Of a stretch of DNA of 64,000 bases, positions 24,710 through 34,655 are shown in pieces (the stretch's first letter is position 1; each line of letters begins with the position of its first letter). The stretch comes from Myxococcota bacterium (lineage in GTDB: Bacteria; Myxococcota; JACRCW01). The stretch lies in contig JBFMGU010000003.1 of the NCBI GenBank assembly GCA_040752415.1, positions 1 through 64,000 on the forward strand, in the 5' to 3' direction. A program made the position numbers and the translations under genes. The notes below the pieces were generated by a model, which did no database searches, was not told the DNA's origin, and saw nothing but the letters and a program-made list of their open reading frames with translations.

Positions 24710-25594
24710 ATGCCCACCCCTCCCAGCTATCACAGCTACACCGGTCACGCCGAGAACCCGCTGACGCCCGACGAGTGGAACAAGATGCGCGCCGCGGTCA
24801 TCGAGAGCGCCACGCGTCACATGGTGGGACGTCGGATCATTGACGTCTACGGTCCGCTGGGGCCGGGCGTGCAGAGCCTCCCGTTCGAGCAGTTCGCCGA
24901 CGCTTCGCTGGGCACCGTGGACCTGATTGGTGAGAAGAGCGAGGGCGCGGTGGTGGCGGAGAGCCGTCGCTTCAAGCCCATCCCGATGATCCACAAGGAC
25001 TTCGTGCTGCACTGGCGTGACCTGGAGGCCAGCCGTGGCGGGGCCTTCCCCCTCGACGTCTCGGCGGCGGCGGGCGCGGCCTCGCTGGTGGCGCGGGCCG
25101 AGGACCGGCTCATCTTCTTTGGCAACGCGGAGCTGGGTTACGACGGGCTCATGAACGCGCAGGGCCGCTCCCACGTGGAGATGCGGTCCTGGGAGCGCAC
25201 CGGCGGCGGGTTCGAGAACGTGGTGGAGGCGCTGGAGGTCCTGCTGGCGCACGGTCACTACGGCCCCTACGCCATGGCCGCCAGCCCCAAGCGCTTTGCG
25301 CAGCTGCACCGCGTCTACGAGAAGACCGGCGTCCTCGAGATCGACTCGATCAAGAAGGTGGTCACCGAGGGCATCTTCCAGTCCACCGTGCTCACCGGGG
25401 ACCAGGCGGTGGTGATTGCCGTCGGGAGCGAGCACTTTGACCTGGCGGTGAGCGTGGACGTGGACCTGGCGTACCTGGGCGCGGAGAAGATGAACCATCC
25501 CTTCCGCGTGCTGGAGTGCGTGGCGCTGCGCATCAAGCACCCCGACGCCATCTGCACCTTCGAGGCGGGTCCGCAGCGTCGTGGCAAGGGCTGA
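24710..25594 (+). CDS. family-1 encapsulin shell protein (HK97 fold, linocin M18-like; EncA-like)
   Basis: 294 aa. About half the residues match M. xanthus EncA as I remember it (GHAENPL..EW, VGRRIxDxYGPLG, KDFxLHWRD, PLDVSAAAGAA, GHxGPYA, YEKTGVLEI, MNHPFRVLE..LRIKHPDAICT). Confidence 0.85.
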   Translation: MPTPPSYHSYTGHAENPLTPDEWNKMRAAVIESATRHMVGRRIIDVYGPLGPGVQSLPFEQFADASLGTVDLIGEKSEGAVVAESRRFKPIPMIHKDFVLHWRDLEASRGGAFPLDVSAAAGAASLVARAEDRLIFFGNAELGYDGLMNAQGRSHVEMRSWERTGGGFENVVEALEVLLAHGHYGPYAMAASPKRFAQLHRVYEKTGVLEIDSIKKVVTEGIFQSTVLTGDQAVVIAVGSEHFDLAVSVDVDLAYLGAEKMNHPFRVLECVALRIKHPDAICTFEAGPQRRGKG

Positions 25595-25630
25595 GGCGCA
25601 GGCCGCAGCGGGAAGGAAGATGAGGCGGTC

Positions 25631-26923
25631 ATGACTGGCGTGGTCTGCGTTGGTGCGCAGTGGGGGGATGAGGGCAAGGGCAAGATCGTGGACCTGCTGG
25701 CGGAGCGCGCCGACGTGGTGGTGCGCTTCCAGGGCGGCAACAACGCCGGGCACACGCTGGTGGTGGGCGGAGTGCAGACGGTCCTGCACCTGATTCCCAG
25801 CGGCGTGCTCCACCCGGGCAAGCTGTGCGTGATTGCCAATGGCGTCGTGGTCGACCCGGACGTGCTGCTCTCCGAGGTGGAGACGCTGCAGGCGCGCGGT
25901 CACCTCAAGGACCCTTCCCGGCTGGCGGTGAGTCACCAGGCACACGTCATCCTGGACATCCACAAGCGCATTGACCTGGCGCGGGAGAAGTACCTGCCGC
26001 GCAAGATCGGCACCACGGGGCGCGGCATTGGTCCGGCGTACGAGGACAAGGCGGCCCGTCGGGGATTGCGCGTCCTGGACCTGATGAAGAAGGAGACCTG
26101 GGCGGACCTGCTGCGCGCGCGCGTGTCCGGTGCCAACACCTATCTCGCGGGCCTGGGCGCGCCCCCGGTGAGCGGTGCCGAGCTGGAGGAGATGATCGAG
26201 AAGACGCGTCGCACCGCGGACGCGCTGCGGCCTTTCGTGCGCGACACCGTGGTGCTGCTGGATGAGCAGCGTCGCGCGGGGAAGCACATCCTGTTCGAGG
26301 GCGCGCAGGGCACGCTGCTCGACGTGGATCACGGCACCTACCCGTACGTGACCAGCTCCAACACAGTGTCCGGCGCGGCGTGCGCGGGGGCCGGCGTGGG
26401 GCCCACGGCCATCCAGCGCGTCATTGGCGTGTGCAAGGCGTACGCAACCCGCGTGGGCGAGGGACCGTTCCCCACCGAGCTCCACGACGAGATTGGCGAG
26501 CGGCTGCGGGGCCGGGGGCTGGAGTTTGGCGCCACGACGGGTCGGCCGCGGCGTTGCGGTTGGCTGGACATGGTGAGCCTGCGTCGGGCGGTGCGTCTCA
26601 ACGGCGTGGACTGCCTGGCGGTGACCAAGCTGGACATCCTCTCCGGGCTGAAGCCGCTGAAGGTGGCCGTGGCGTACGAGGTGGATGGCAAGCGCGTCGA
26701 GGAGTACCCGGCGGACACCGAGGAGCTCGCGCGGGCCAAGCCCGTCTACATCGACATGCCGGGTTTCGACGGTGACGTCACCGGGGCTCGTCGCCTGGAG
26801 GACCTGCCGCCGAACGCGCGCGCGTACGTGGAGTGGATTGCGCGGGAGCTCGGCGTGAAGCTGGCGTTGGTGAGCGTGGGCGCGGGTCGTGGCGAGGAGA
26901 TCGCGCTGGACCCCGTGTTCTGA
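25631..26923 (+). CDS. purA: adenylosuccinate synthetase
   Basis: GAQWGDEGKGKIVD P-loop, GGNNAGHT, KIGTTGRGIGPAYEDK, GATTGRPRRCGWLD are canonical PurA motifs. 430 aa. Confidence 0.9.
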   Translation: MTGVVCVGAQWGDEGKGKIVDLLAERADVVVRFQGGNNAGHTLVVGGVQTVLHLIPSGVLHPGKLCVIANGVVVDPDVLLSEVETLQARGHLKDPSRLAVSHQAHVILDIHKRIDLAREKYLPRKIGTTGRGIGPAYEDKAARRGLRVLDLMKKETWADLLRARVSGANTYLAGLGAPPVSGAELEEMIEKTRRTADALRPFVRDTVVLLDEQRRAGKHILFEGAQGTLLDVDHGTYPYVTSSNTVSGAACAGAGVGPTAIQRVIGVCKAYATRVGEGPFPTELHDEIGERLRGRGLEFGATTGRPRRCGWLDMVSLRRAVRLNGVDCLAVTKLDILSGLKPLKVAVAYEVDGKRVEEYPADTEELARAKPVYIDMPGFDGDVTGARRLEDLPPNARAYVEWIARELGVKLALVSVGAGRGEEIALDPVF

Positions 26924-26960
26924 GGCGTTGCGGTTCTCGCGGTGACGTCGTCATCCCCAA

Positions 26961-27127
26961 CCGGCGCGGCCCCTCCGGTGCCTCCCCGAGGTGACGGCGC
27001 AGCGTGACGCGTGGGTTGGGTTGGGAGGGTGTGGCCGGGGGGCCCGCGGAAGGTTCACTTGTCCCAAGGTGTATTACACCTCAAAGAGAACATGACATGC
27101 CCGGCGAGGGGCCCCCCTCCGCACCGG
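26961..27127 (-). repeat. dispersed ~150-bp repeat, copy A (palindromic core GGTGTATTACACC; conserved CCCTCCCAACCCAACCCACGC block)
   Basis: The reverse complement of 26961-27127 aligns nearly base-for-base with 27261-27385 and partly with 39441-39600. Confidence 0.65.
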
Positions 27128-27260
27128 AACCGGTGACACCGACGGTCACCTGACGCGCTGATCCGGATCACCTGGGTCCGGGCGCACGCGGTGGCAGGCG
27201 GCGCATGCCGCTGTTTCAACGTACCCGAAAGCGGCCGGGTGACGGGGCCCGTGCGGCGAT

Positions 27261-27385
27261 CATGTCAAGTCTTGTTTGAGGTGTAATACACCTTGGGGCA
27301 AGTGGAGCTACCGCGGGCCCCCCGGCCACACCCTCCCAACCCAACCCACGCATCACGCTGCGCCGTTACCTCGGGGAGGCACCCC
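27261..27385 (+). repeat. dispersed ~150-bp repeat, copy B (inverted relative to copy A, ~130 bp spacer)
   Basis: CATGTCAAGTCTTGTTTGAGGTGTAATACACCTTGG...CCGCGGGCCCCCCGGCCACACCCTCCCAACCCAACCCACGCATCACGCTGCGCCG. Lies in a convergent intergenic region (purA 3' end / minus-strand gene 3' end). Confidence 0.65.
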
Positions 27386-27413
27386 AAGCGGCCCATCCCG
27401 CGGCGCGCGAAGG

Positions 27414-28013
27414 TCAGACCATGCCGGGGCAATCACCGAACGCGACGACGGCGTTGCGCGCTTCCTCACTCAGCGTGGTGAGGCGCACGCGCCAGCGACC
27501 CTGGTCCTGCACGGCCATCACCGCCCGCGTGACGACGCCGCCATCCACGCTCTCGATGATGGCGCTGCGGTCCGGCTTGAAGTTGAAGCGGCCGCGGTCC
27601 TCGGGCCACTCGAAGAAGACCACCATGCCCGCCTTGGGCTCCACCGGCCCGCCGCGCGGGTAGTAGAGGCTCATGCGCTGCAGGCAGTGTCGCACGTTGG
27701 CGTGGCGACGGAGGAAGTACCCGGCCTTGGGCGTGTTGGCGCCCCCGCCGATCTTCCGGTAGCCGCCCGGGTCGCGCTGGTAGTCGGCGAGCATGGCTTC
27801 CCGGAGGTGGGGCTCGGCCGCGAAGGGGAAGACGTCCAGGGGCGTGAGGGGGCCGCGGCGCCAGTCCCAGCCGTCGTCGGTGGTGGCGCCAATGAGGCCC
27901 TTGGCACGCTCCAGGAGGCGCTTGCGAGCCATCTCCCGCGCGGGGCTGTCAGCGCCCGAGGACGTCTGGGGAGTGCCGCCAGACTTCATGCCCAATGTCC
28001 TCACCACGGCCAT
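27414..28013 (-). CDS. hypothetical protein
   Basis: 199 aa ORF with consistent GC3 bias. No family recognised. Start codon uncertain (alternatives at MKSGG or MARKRL). Confidence 0.35.
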   Translation of the reverse strand: MAVVRTLGMKSGGTPQTSSGADSPAREMARKRLLERAKGLIGATTDDGWDWRRGPLTPLDVFPFAAEPHLREAMLADYQRDPGGYRKIGGGANTPKAGYFLRRHANVRHCLQRMSLYYPRGGPVEPKAGMVVFFEWPEDRGRFNFKPDRSAIIESVDGGVVTRAVMAVQDQGRWRVRLTTLSEEARNAVVAFGDCPGMV

Positions 28014-28173
28014 GCCATGAACCCATGCGTGCGCAAATGTTCTTTCCTCCCGGGAGTTTACGACGACGGGTCCCGGAAGTCATTGCGCCCGTGGCCTGGC
28101 CCCCGGCTGGGACGTCCAAGCCCAGGTCCGAGCGCGTGCCCGCCGGCCGGGTGCGAGGTAACTCCGCGTCCTG

Positions 28174-29382
28174 ATGGCTTCCCCCACGCTGGTCCAGGCC
28201 CCCACCGGGGTCTACGTGCACGTGCCCTACTGCCGGCACCGCTGCCCGTACTGCGACTTCTACCTGGTGGTGGGCCGCCCCACGCCCGCGTTCACCGACG
28301 CCCTGTTGGCCGATTGGTCCGCCGCACGGGAGCTCCTGGCGGGGGTGTCCACGCTGGAGAGCGTGTACCTGGGCGGAGGCACGCCGGGGCGGATGGCGCC
28401 CGGGGAGGTGGGACGGCTGCTGGAGGCCATCCACGCCGCCATCCCGCTGAAGGCCGGGGCGGAGGTCACGCTGGAGGTGAACCCCGACGACGTCACGGCG
28501 GAGACGCTGGCGGGATGGCGCGCCGCGGGCGTGACCCGGATCTCGCTGGGCGTGCAGGCGCTCGACGACGCCACGCTGCGCTGGCTGGGGCGCGGACACA
28601 GCGCGGAGGAGACGTTGGGCGCGTTGGAGGCGGTGGCGGCCGCGGGGTTCCCCACGTTCTCGGCGGACATCATCTTCGGCGCGCCGCAGCAGCCGCTCAG
28701 CGCGCTGGACGAGGCAGTGCGCATCATGGCGGGCCTGGCGCCGCACATCAGCGCGTACTGCCTGACCTACGAGGAGAACACCAACCTGGGCCGGCGCGTG
28801 GAGAAGGGACGCGTGATGCCCTTGGACAACGACGTGGAAGCCGACCTCTACGAGCGCGTCCGCGACGGGCTGCACCGCGCGGGGCTGCGACAGTACGAGG
28901 TGAGCAACCACGCGCGCCCGGGACACGCGGCGGTGCACAACCGGCTCTACTGGGCGGGCGCGCCCACGCTGGGCCTGGGGCCGGCGGCAGCGTCCTACCT
29001 GCGCTTCTCCGACGGAACCGCGCGGCGCTGGCGCGTGGCGCCCGACCTGGACGCGTACCTGCGTGGAGAGCGGCGTGCGGTCGACGTCGACGAGATGGCG
29101 CCGGCGTTGGCCCTCCGCGACCGCATCTTCGCCGGCATCCGCGACCTGGAGCGCGGTGTGGACCTGCGTCGTCTCGAGGTGGAGCACGGGGTGGGGGTGC
29201 CGGATGACGTCGTGGCCGCGCTGGAGCGCGAGGTGGCGGCGGGTGCGCTGGAGCGGGTGGGGGAGGGCCGCTACCGGCTCACCCCGTCGGGCGCGCTGGT
29301 GGGGGACCGGGTGGCGCGCGGTGTGGTGGCCCGGGATGACGACGGAAACCGTCCGTCTCCGCTGACCGTGCTTCCGTCTTGA
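28174..29382 (+). CDS. hemW: radical SAM heme chaperone HemW-like (HemN family, oxygen-independent coproporphyrinogen-III oxidase-like)
   Basis: VYVHVPYCRHRCPYCDF (CxxxCxxC radical-SAM cluster motif at the N-terminus), YLGGGTPG, HemN-like C-terminal domain. About 400 aa. Confidence 0.75.
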   Translation: MASPTLVQAPTGVYVHVPYCRHRCPYCDFYLVVGRPTPAFTDALLADWSAARELLAGVSTLESVYLGGGTPGRMAPGEVGRLLEAIHAAIPLKAGAEVTLEVNPDDVTAETLAGWRAAGVTRISLGVQALDDATLRWLGRGHSAEETLGALEAVAAAGFPTFSADIIFGAPQQPLSALDEAVRIMAGLAPHISAYCLTYEENTNLGRRVEKGRVMPLDNDVEADLYERVRDGLHRAGLRQYEVSNHARPGHAAVHNRLYWAGAPTLGLGPAAASYLRFSDGTARRWRVAPDLDAYLRGERRAVDVDEMAPALALRDRIFAGIRDLERGVDLRRLEVEHGVGVPDDVVAALEREVAAGALERVGEGRYRLTPSGALVGDRVARGVVARDDDGNRPSPLTVLPS

Positions 29383-29521
29383 AGGTGCGTTGGAAATCTC
29401 AGAAGCCTACCCGTGCCCGGCCTTCAGGTTCTCGCCGCGCAGAGGTTGTCGGCGGAAAACCTCGTGGGGCCGCTGCGCCCTCAAGCCGGGCACGGGGTTG
29501 TGAGTGGTTCCCGGTTGGGGC

Positions 29522-31399
29522 CTACCGCTGGGCCAGCGCGGACTGGGAGGTCACGTCGCGCAACGCCAGCGCACTGCCAAACCGCGCGCTGTTTCCGACG
29601 TCACCGCTCCGAACGCGCACGTTCGACGGGTCCAGGCCGCGGGGGCCGCCCAGCATCAGGTACACCCGGCCACCGTGCGCATCCTGCGGCGCCCCGACGA
29701 GCACGTCGCTGTACCCGTCGCCGTTGGTGTCGCCCACGCCGCGCAAGGCACCGCCAAACCCCGCGCCCAGCTGTCCGCGGATGCGCGCGGCGGGCTCTCG
29801 CGGCGCGGTGGTGGCGCCGTGGAACACGTGGATGCGACCCGGTTGCTGCGCGCTCTCGGGAATGGCCACCACCACGTCGGCAAAGCCGTCCGCGTTCACG
29901 TCGCCGGCGCCGGACACGTTCATTCCAAAGCCAAGCTCCTCGGGTGCGCCCTCCAGCATCCAGCCGCGGGCATCCACGCCGGTGGCACCACCCAGCTGCA
30001 CGTAGGCCCGCCCGCTCTCCTCGCCCGGTGCGCCCACCACCAGGTCCGCGTAGCCGTCGCCATTGACGTCGCCAGCGCCGGAAAGCGCGGTGCCCAGGCG
30101 GCTCTCCGACGTGGTGCCCATCAGCGTGGTGGCCGCGCGCGGGTCCGTACCGTCGACGGACCCGTGGTGGACCAGCACCATCCCGCGACCCGCGTGCGAC
30201 ACCGGCGCGCCCACCGCGAGATCGCCGTAGCCATCCCCGTTGACGTCGCCAAGCCCGGCCAGCGCGGCTCCAAACCCGGTGCCCGACGAGCCCCGCAGCA
30301 CCGTGGCGGGAGCCGCCTGCAGCCCGGAGGGCATCCCGTGGTGGATGAACACGCGCGCGTCGCCGGGTGAGCCCACCGCCACGTCGCCGTACCCGTCGCC
30401 ATTGACGTCGCCCACGCCGGCCACGGTGGCCGCGAAGCGCGTGCTGCTGTCCAGCGGGCCGCGCAGCGTGGTGGCCGGGGTCGTCGACAAACCGGCGGCG
30501 TTGCCCAGGTACAGGTGCACCACGCCCCGACGTCCCTCTCCCGGCGCGGTCACCAGCACGTCGGAGAATCCGTCGCCATTGACGTCGCCGGCGTGCGCCA
30601 CGGCGTGGCCCAGCCCGGTGGCGCCGGTGGCATGCGGGAGGACAACGGCGTCCGCGTGACCGGTGAGCACGGACGCGCCGCCGAGGAAGAGCTGCACCTG
30701 CCCCGCGCCATCTGCCGCGCCATGCGCGCCCACCACCACGTCGGCGTGGCCATCCGCGTTGACGTCGGTAACGCTGCCCACCGCCACCGCGCGCGGAGCA
30801 CCGTGACGTCCCACCACCAGCTGCCACGTGGGGCTGACCATGGTGCCCACCGCGCGGCCCTGCAGTGCGCGCAGGCGCCAGTAGACCACGCCGGTGGGAA
30901 GGTCGCGCGGCAGCTCCAGCGTCGAGCCCGTGGCGGTCACGGTTTCCGCCGGACATTCGCAGCGACGGTCGTGACAGATCTCCACCTCCACGCCGGTGGC
31001 CGCCACGTCCGCCAGGAAGCGCAGCGTGGGGCGGGTGCCGGTCACCACCGTCGACGACAGTGGCGCCAGCTGGCGCGGGGGCCGGAGCTCCACGCGTTGC
31101 AGCGCGGGTCCTGGCGAGGGCGTTGTCACGGGCCGCACCACGTCGGGACAGCGCGCCGGCGTCACCCGGACCTGGTCGCCGTCACGGGCGTTGAAGACGC
31201 CGCCGGAGCTGGAGACGGTCAGCACCTCACCTTCCGGTGGTGGGGAGCTGGGCGCCTGGCAGGTGCGGTCCTGGCACACGTTTCCCGTCGGACAATCCCG
31301 GTCCTCCCGGCAATCCGGTGGGTTGAGATCCACGGAGCACGCCGTGACGGAGAGTGTGCAGCCCGCGGTGAGAGCAAGGAGCCCCCGGATGGAGAGCAT
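29522..31399 (-). CDS. FG-GAP (integrin-alpha-like) repeat lipoprotein
   Basis: Lipobox LTAGCTLSVTACS. At least seven repeats of GxxGDVNGDGYxDLxVGAP (FG-GAP/VCBS-like). Confidence 0.7.
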   Translation of the reverse strand: MLSIRGLLALTAGCTLSVTACSVDLNPPDCREDRDCPTGNVCQDRTCQAPSSPPPEGEVLTVSSSGGVFNARDGDQVRVTPARCPDVVRPVTTPSPGPALQRVELRPPRQLAPLSSTVVTGTRPTLRFLADVAATGVEVEICHDRRCECPAETVTATGSTLELPRDLPTGVVYWRLRALQGRAVGTMVSPTWQLVVGRHGAPRAVAVGSVTDVNADGHADVVVGAHGAADGAGQVQLFLGGASVLTGHADAVVLPHATGATGLGHAVAHAGDVNGDGFSDVLVTAPGEGRRGVVHLYLGNAAGLSTTPATTLRGPLDSSTRFAATVAGVGDVNGDGYGDVAVGSPGDARVFIHHGMPSGLQAAPATVLRGSSGTGFGAALAGLGDVNGDGYGDLAVGAPVSHAGRGMVLVHHGSVDGTDPRAATTLMGTTSESRLGTALSGAGDVNGDGYADLVVGAPGEESGRAYVQLGGATGVDARGWMLEGAPEELGFGMNVSGAGDVNADGFADVVVAIPESAQQPGRIHVFHGATTAPREPAARIRGQLGAGFGGALRGVGDTNGDGYSDVLVGAPQDAHGGRVYLMLGGPRGLDPSNVRVRSGDVGNSARFGSALALRDVTSQSALAQR

Positions 31400-31564
31400 G
31401 GCAACCTCGTCGGGAAGCGGTGCTGCCGTGCGCAGGCGCGTGCCTTCACGACCCGCGAGGGGCGGCGCATCACGTTGGTGCGGACGACAGGAAACAGTGC
31501 GCGCCCCACGTGGGGCAACGCGGCAACCCGGCTTGTTATAGCGACGACACGGGCATGCGACCGT

Positions 31565-32347
31565 TCAACGCGACAGGTGCGCCACGATCACCGTGATGTT
31601 GTCCTTGCCCGCCACGCGGTTGGCCATCTTCACCACCTCGTTGGCCAGCCAGTTGATGCGTGAGCCGCGGTGCTCGCTCGGCGCCAGCGCGGCGCGGATG
31701 AGCTCGGTGAGCTTGCGCTCGCTGACAAAGTCGGTGACGCCGTCGCTGCACAGCAGGTAGAGGTCATCATCCTTCACGCGGTCCACGCGCACCGTGGGCA
31801 GCACGTCCATCTCAATGCCCAGCGCCCTGGTGATGATGTTCTTCTCCGGGTGGAAGCGCGCCTGCTCCGGTGAGAGGCGACCGGCGTCAATGAGCTCGTT
31901 GACCTCGCTGTGATCGCGCGTGAGGGGCTCCAGCTTGTCCGCGCGGAAGCGGTAGACGCGGCTGTCTCCCACGTGCGCCACGTGCGCCAGCCCGTCGTGG
32001 AAGAGCAGCGCGGCCACCGTGGTGCCCATGCCCTGCAGGCCGCTGTTGCGCGCCGCGGCGTCGTAGATGGTGTAGTTGGCCACGCGGATGGCCATGGAGA
32101 GACGGTTGCTCTCCGGCAGCAGATTGGGGTCCCACGGGTAGGGCAGCGGGAGGTTGGTGCCCTGGCGCGTGGCGCGGATGAAGTTGGCAATGCTGTCGCA
32201 TCCCAGGCGACTGGCCACCTCACCACCCGCGTGACCACCCATGCCATCACACACCACGTAGAAGCGGTGCACGTCGTCCGTGACGTAGTGATCTTCGTTG
32301 ATCTTGCGATGCACGCCGACATCCGTGCAGGCCACGACTTCAAGCAT
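31565..32347 (-). CDS. PP2C-family Ser/Thr protein phosphatase
   Basis: MLEVVACTDVGVHRKINED..FYVVCDGMGGHAGGEVAS...DNITVIV are PP2C/PPM motifs. The listed ORF extends 16 codons further upstream (to 32395). Start at MLEVV is preferred by homology. Confidence 0.75.
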   Translation of the reverse strand: MLEVVACTDVGVHRKINEDHYVTDDVHRFYVVCDGMGGHAGGEVASRLGCDSIANFIRATRQGTNLPLPYPWDPNLLPESNRLSMAIRVANYTIYDAAARNSGLQGMGTTVAALLFHDGLAHVAHVGDSRVYRFRADKLEPLTRDHSEVNELIDAGRLSPEQARFHPEKNIITRALGIEMDVLPTVRVDRVKDDDLYLLCSDGVTDFVSERKLTELIRAALAPSEHRGSRINWLANEVVKMANRVAGKDNITVIVAHLSR

Positions 32348-32410
32348 CGCGCGACGAACCTCAGGTGGGCCCCACTCTGACGTGATGGGCCTCACAACGC
32401 AATGACGATG

Positions 32411-34525
32411 TCAGTCCTCGGAGCGTGGGACCTTCAGCATGCTGCCCACGCCGGTGAAGGATTCTTCCCCACCTTCTCCTCCCTGGAACGCCTGCCAGAT
32501 GCGCTGGGCGGTGGCGCGGGTGACGCCGGGGACCGCGGCCAACTCCTCGGGTGAGGCCTGCTTGACGGCGGTCAGCGAGCCGAAGTGACGCAGCAGGGCC
32601 TTCTTGCGCGTCTCACCCACGCCGGGAATGGCGTCGAGCTCGGAGCGGAACGCGCTCTTCTTCCGGCGGGCGCGGTGGAAGGTGATGGCAAAGCGGTGCG
32701 CCTCGTCGCGCAGGCGGGTCATGAGGTGCAGCTCGGCGGTGTTGGTGCGCAGCGCAATGGGGTCCTTGACGTCGGGGAGGAACACGCGCTCGGGGCTGTG
32801 CCGGGAGCCGCCCTCCTCGCCGCCTTCCTCCCAGCGCTCCTCAGGCGCGGCCTCGTCCACCAGCTGCTTGCGACCGAAGTAGCCACGTCGACCATCCGCC
32901 TTGAGCGCGCGCGCCTTGGCCAGGGAGCACAGCTCCACCCAGCTCTCGCGGCCGCGTGGCCACAGGGGGGTCCCGTCGTCACGGGTGCGGTTGCTGAACG
33001 CCTCCGCCTCGGTGGCGCTGATGGGGATGCCCACGTCCTGGAACGCGGCGCGCGCCACGCCCAGCTGGCCCTTGCCGCCGTCGATGACCATGAGGTCCGG
33101 GAGGTCATCCTCCTCCAGTCCACGACGGAGACGACGCACCAGCACCTCGTGCAGCATGGCGAAGTCGTTGGTGCCCTGCACGCTCCTGATGACAAAGCGG
33201 CGGTAGCGGCTCTTGTCCGGGACTCCGTCGACAAAGACCACCTTGCTGGCCACCGGCTCGTGCCCCTGGAAGAGCGAGACGTCAAAGCACTCCATCACCG
33301 TGGGACGACGGGAGAGCCGCAGCCGTTGCTGCAGGCGTTCCAGCGCGCGTGAGCGGGTCTCGTGACGTCGGAGATGGTCCTCCAGCAGGGTCTCCGCGTT
33401 GCGCGTGGCAATCTCCACCAGCTTGCGCTTGTCACCGCGTTGGGGCGCGTGGAACTCCACCTTCCGACCGCGCAGCTCGCGGTAGTAGTCGGCGCGCGCC
33501 TCGGCCTCGCCCTCGGGGAGCTCGAGCGGGAGCAGGACCTCGTCGGGGAGGTCGGCGGGGGGCCGCTGGGCGCGCACGTCCAGGACCTGGAGGATGAGCT
33601 CGTCGTCGGGAAGCTCCGCGTCGGCAAAGTACAGGTTGTCCTTCCCCACGATGCGGCCGCCACGCAGGCTGAGGATGCTCACCGCCACCGCGTTGCCGCT
33701 GCGCGCCAGGCCCACCACGTCGGAGTCGGGACGGTCCGGGTCGGCCACCACCTGGCGCTCCACGGTCCGCTCGATGTCCCGCAGCTGGTCGCGGAGTCGC
33801 GCCGCCTCCTCGAACCGCAGCTCCTCGGAGGCATTCAGCATGCGTTGCTGCAACGTGTCCACCAGGGCGTCCTGCTTGCCGGAGAGGAACAGCACCGCGT
33901 CGTCGACGTGCTGGCGGTAGGTCTCCTGCGGAATCTCGAACACGCACGGCGCCATGCAGCGACCGATCTGGTACTCCAGGCACGGGCGCGAGCGGTTCTG
34001 CAGGACGTGGTCGGTGCAGGTGCGGAGCTGGAAGTGCTGATTGAGCAGCCGCAACGTTCCCCGCACCGCCGCCGCCGACGAGTACGGACCGAAGTAGCGG
34101 AACCCCGGCTGCGCGCCTTCCTGGACGAGCTGGTGGGTGCGGAAGACCTCGATGCGGGGGTAGTCGTGGCGCAGGTTGAGCCGGAGGGTGATGAAGCTTT
34201 TGTCGTCCTTGTGGACCACGTTGTAGGGCGGCTTGTGCTGCTTGATGAGCGCTTCCTCCAGCAGCAACGCCTCCTTCTCGCTCCGGACGACGATGACCTC
34301 GAGATCCCCCAGCACGGCGGTGAGCAGGGAGACAAAGGCCCGCGTGTCTCCGCTGCGGTTGAAGTAGCTGCGCACGCGCGAGCGCAGGTTGACGGCCTTG
34401 CCCACGTAGATCACCGCGCCCTTGCGGTCCCTCATGATGTAGACGCCGGGCTCCTGCGGCAGGTTGTCAATGCGGCCGGTCAGCTCGTCGGAGAGGCCGT
34501 AGCGCGAGGGTTCGGGCAGGGTCAT
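32411..34525 (-). CDS. uvrC: excinuclease ABC subunit C
   Basis: N-terminal GIY-YIG (PGVYIMRDRKGAVIYVGKAVNLRSRVRSYF), UvrBC domain, C-terminal RNase H-like and HhH (IPGVGETRKKALLRHFGSLTAVKQASPEELA). 704 aa. Confidence 0.9.
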   Translation of the reverse strand: MTLPEPSRYGLSDELTGRIDNLPQEPGVYIMRDRKGAVIYVGKAVNLRSRVRSYFNRSGDTRAFVSLLTAVLGDLEVIVVRSEKEALLLEEALIKQHKPPYNVVHKDDKSFITLRLNLRHDYPRIEVFRTHQLVQEGAQPGFRYFGPYSSAAAVRGTLRLLNQHFQLRTCTDHVLQNRSRPCLEYQIGRCMAPCVFEIPQETYRQHVDDAVLFLSGKQDALVDTLQQRMLNASEELRFEEAARLRDQLRDIERTVERQVVADPDRPDSDVVGLARSGNAVAVSILSLRGGRIVGKDNLYFADAELPDDELILQVLDVRAQRPPADLPDEVLLPLELPEGEAEARADYYRELRGRKVEFHAPQRGDKRKLVEIATRNAETLLEDHLRRHETRSRALERLQQRLRLSRRPTVMECFDVSLFQGHEPVASKVVFVDGVPDKSRYRRFVIRSVQGTNDFAMLHEVLVRRLRRGLEEDDLPDLMVIDGGKGQLGVARAAFQDVGIPISATEAEAFSNRTRDDGTPLWPRGRESWVELCSLAKARALKADGRRGYFGRKQLVDEAAPEERWEEGGEEGGSRHSPERVFLPDVKDPIALRTNTAELHLMTRLRDEAHRFAITFHRARRKKSAFRSELDAIPGVGETRKKALLRHFGSLTAVKQASPEELAAVPGVTRATAQRIWQAFQGGEGGEESFTGVGSMLKVPRSED

Positions 34526-34655
34526 GGTTGCGGGTCGTCAGCACGGCGGACGTGCCGTGGGCAGCCTTTATAGTGACCGCCGCCGCCTTGGTCAGGGGCA
34601 TCCGGGCGAAGGCCGTCCGACGCCGCCGTGAGCGCAACCGGACCGGTGTTGGGAG

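Noticed and set aside
27126-27260. Possible small gene in the spacer between repeat copies A and B
   Set aside because: No ORF longer than 40 codons with an RBS. The spacer contains short palindromes (GTGACACCGACGGTCAC, GATCCGGATC) but nothing I can assign.
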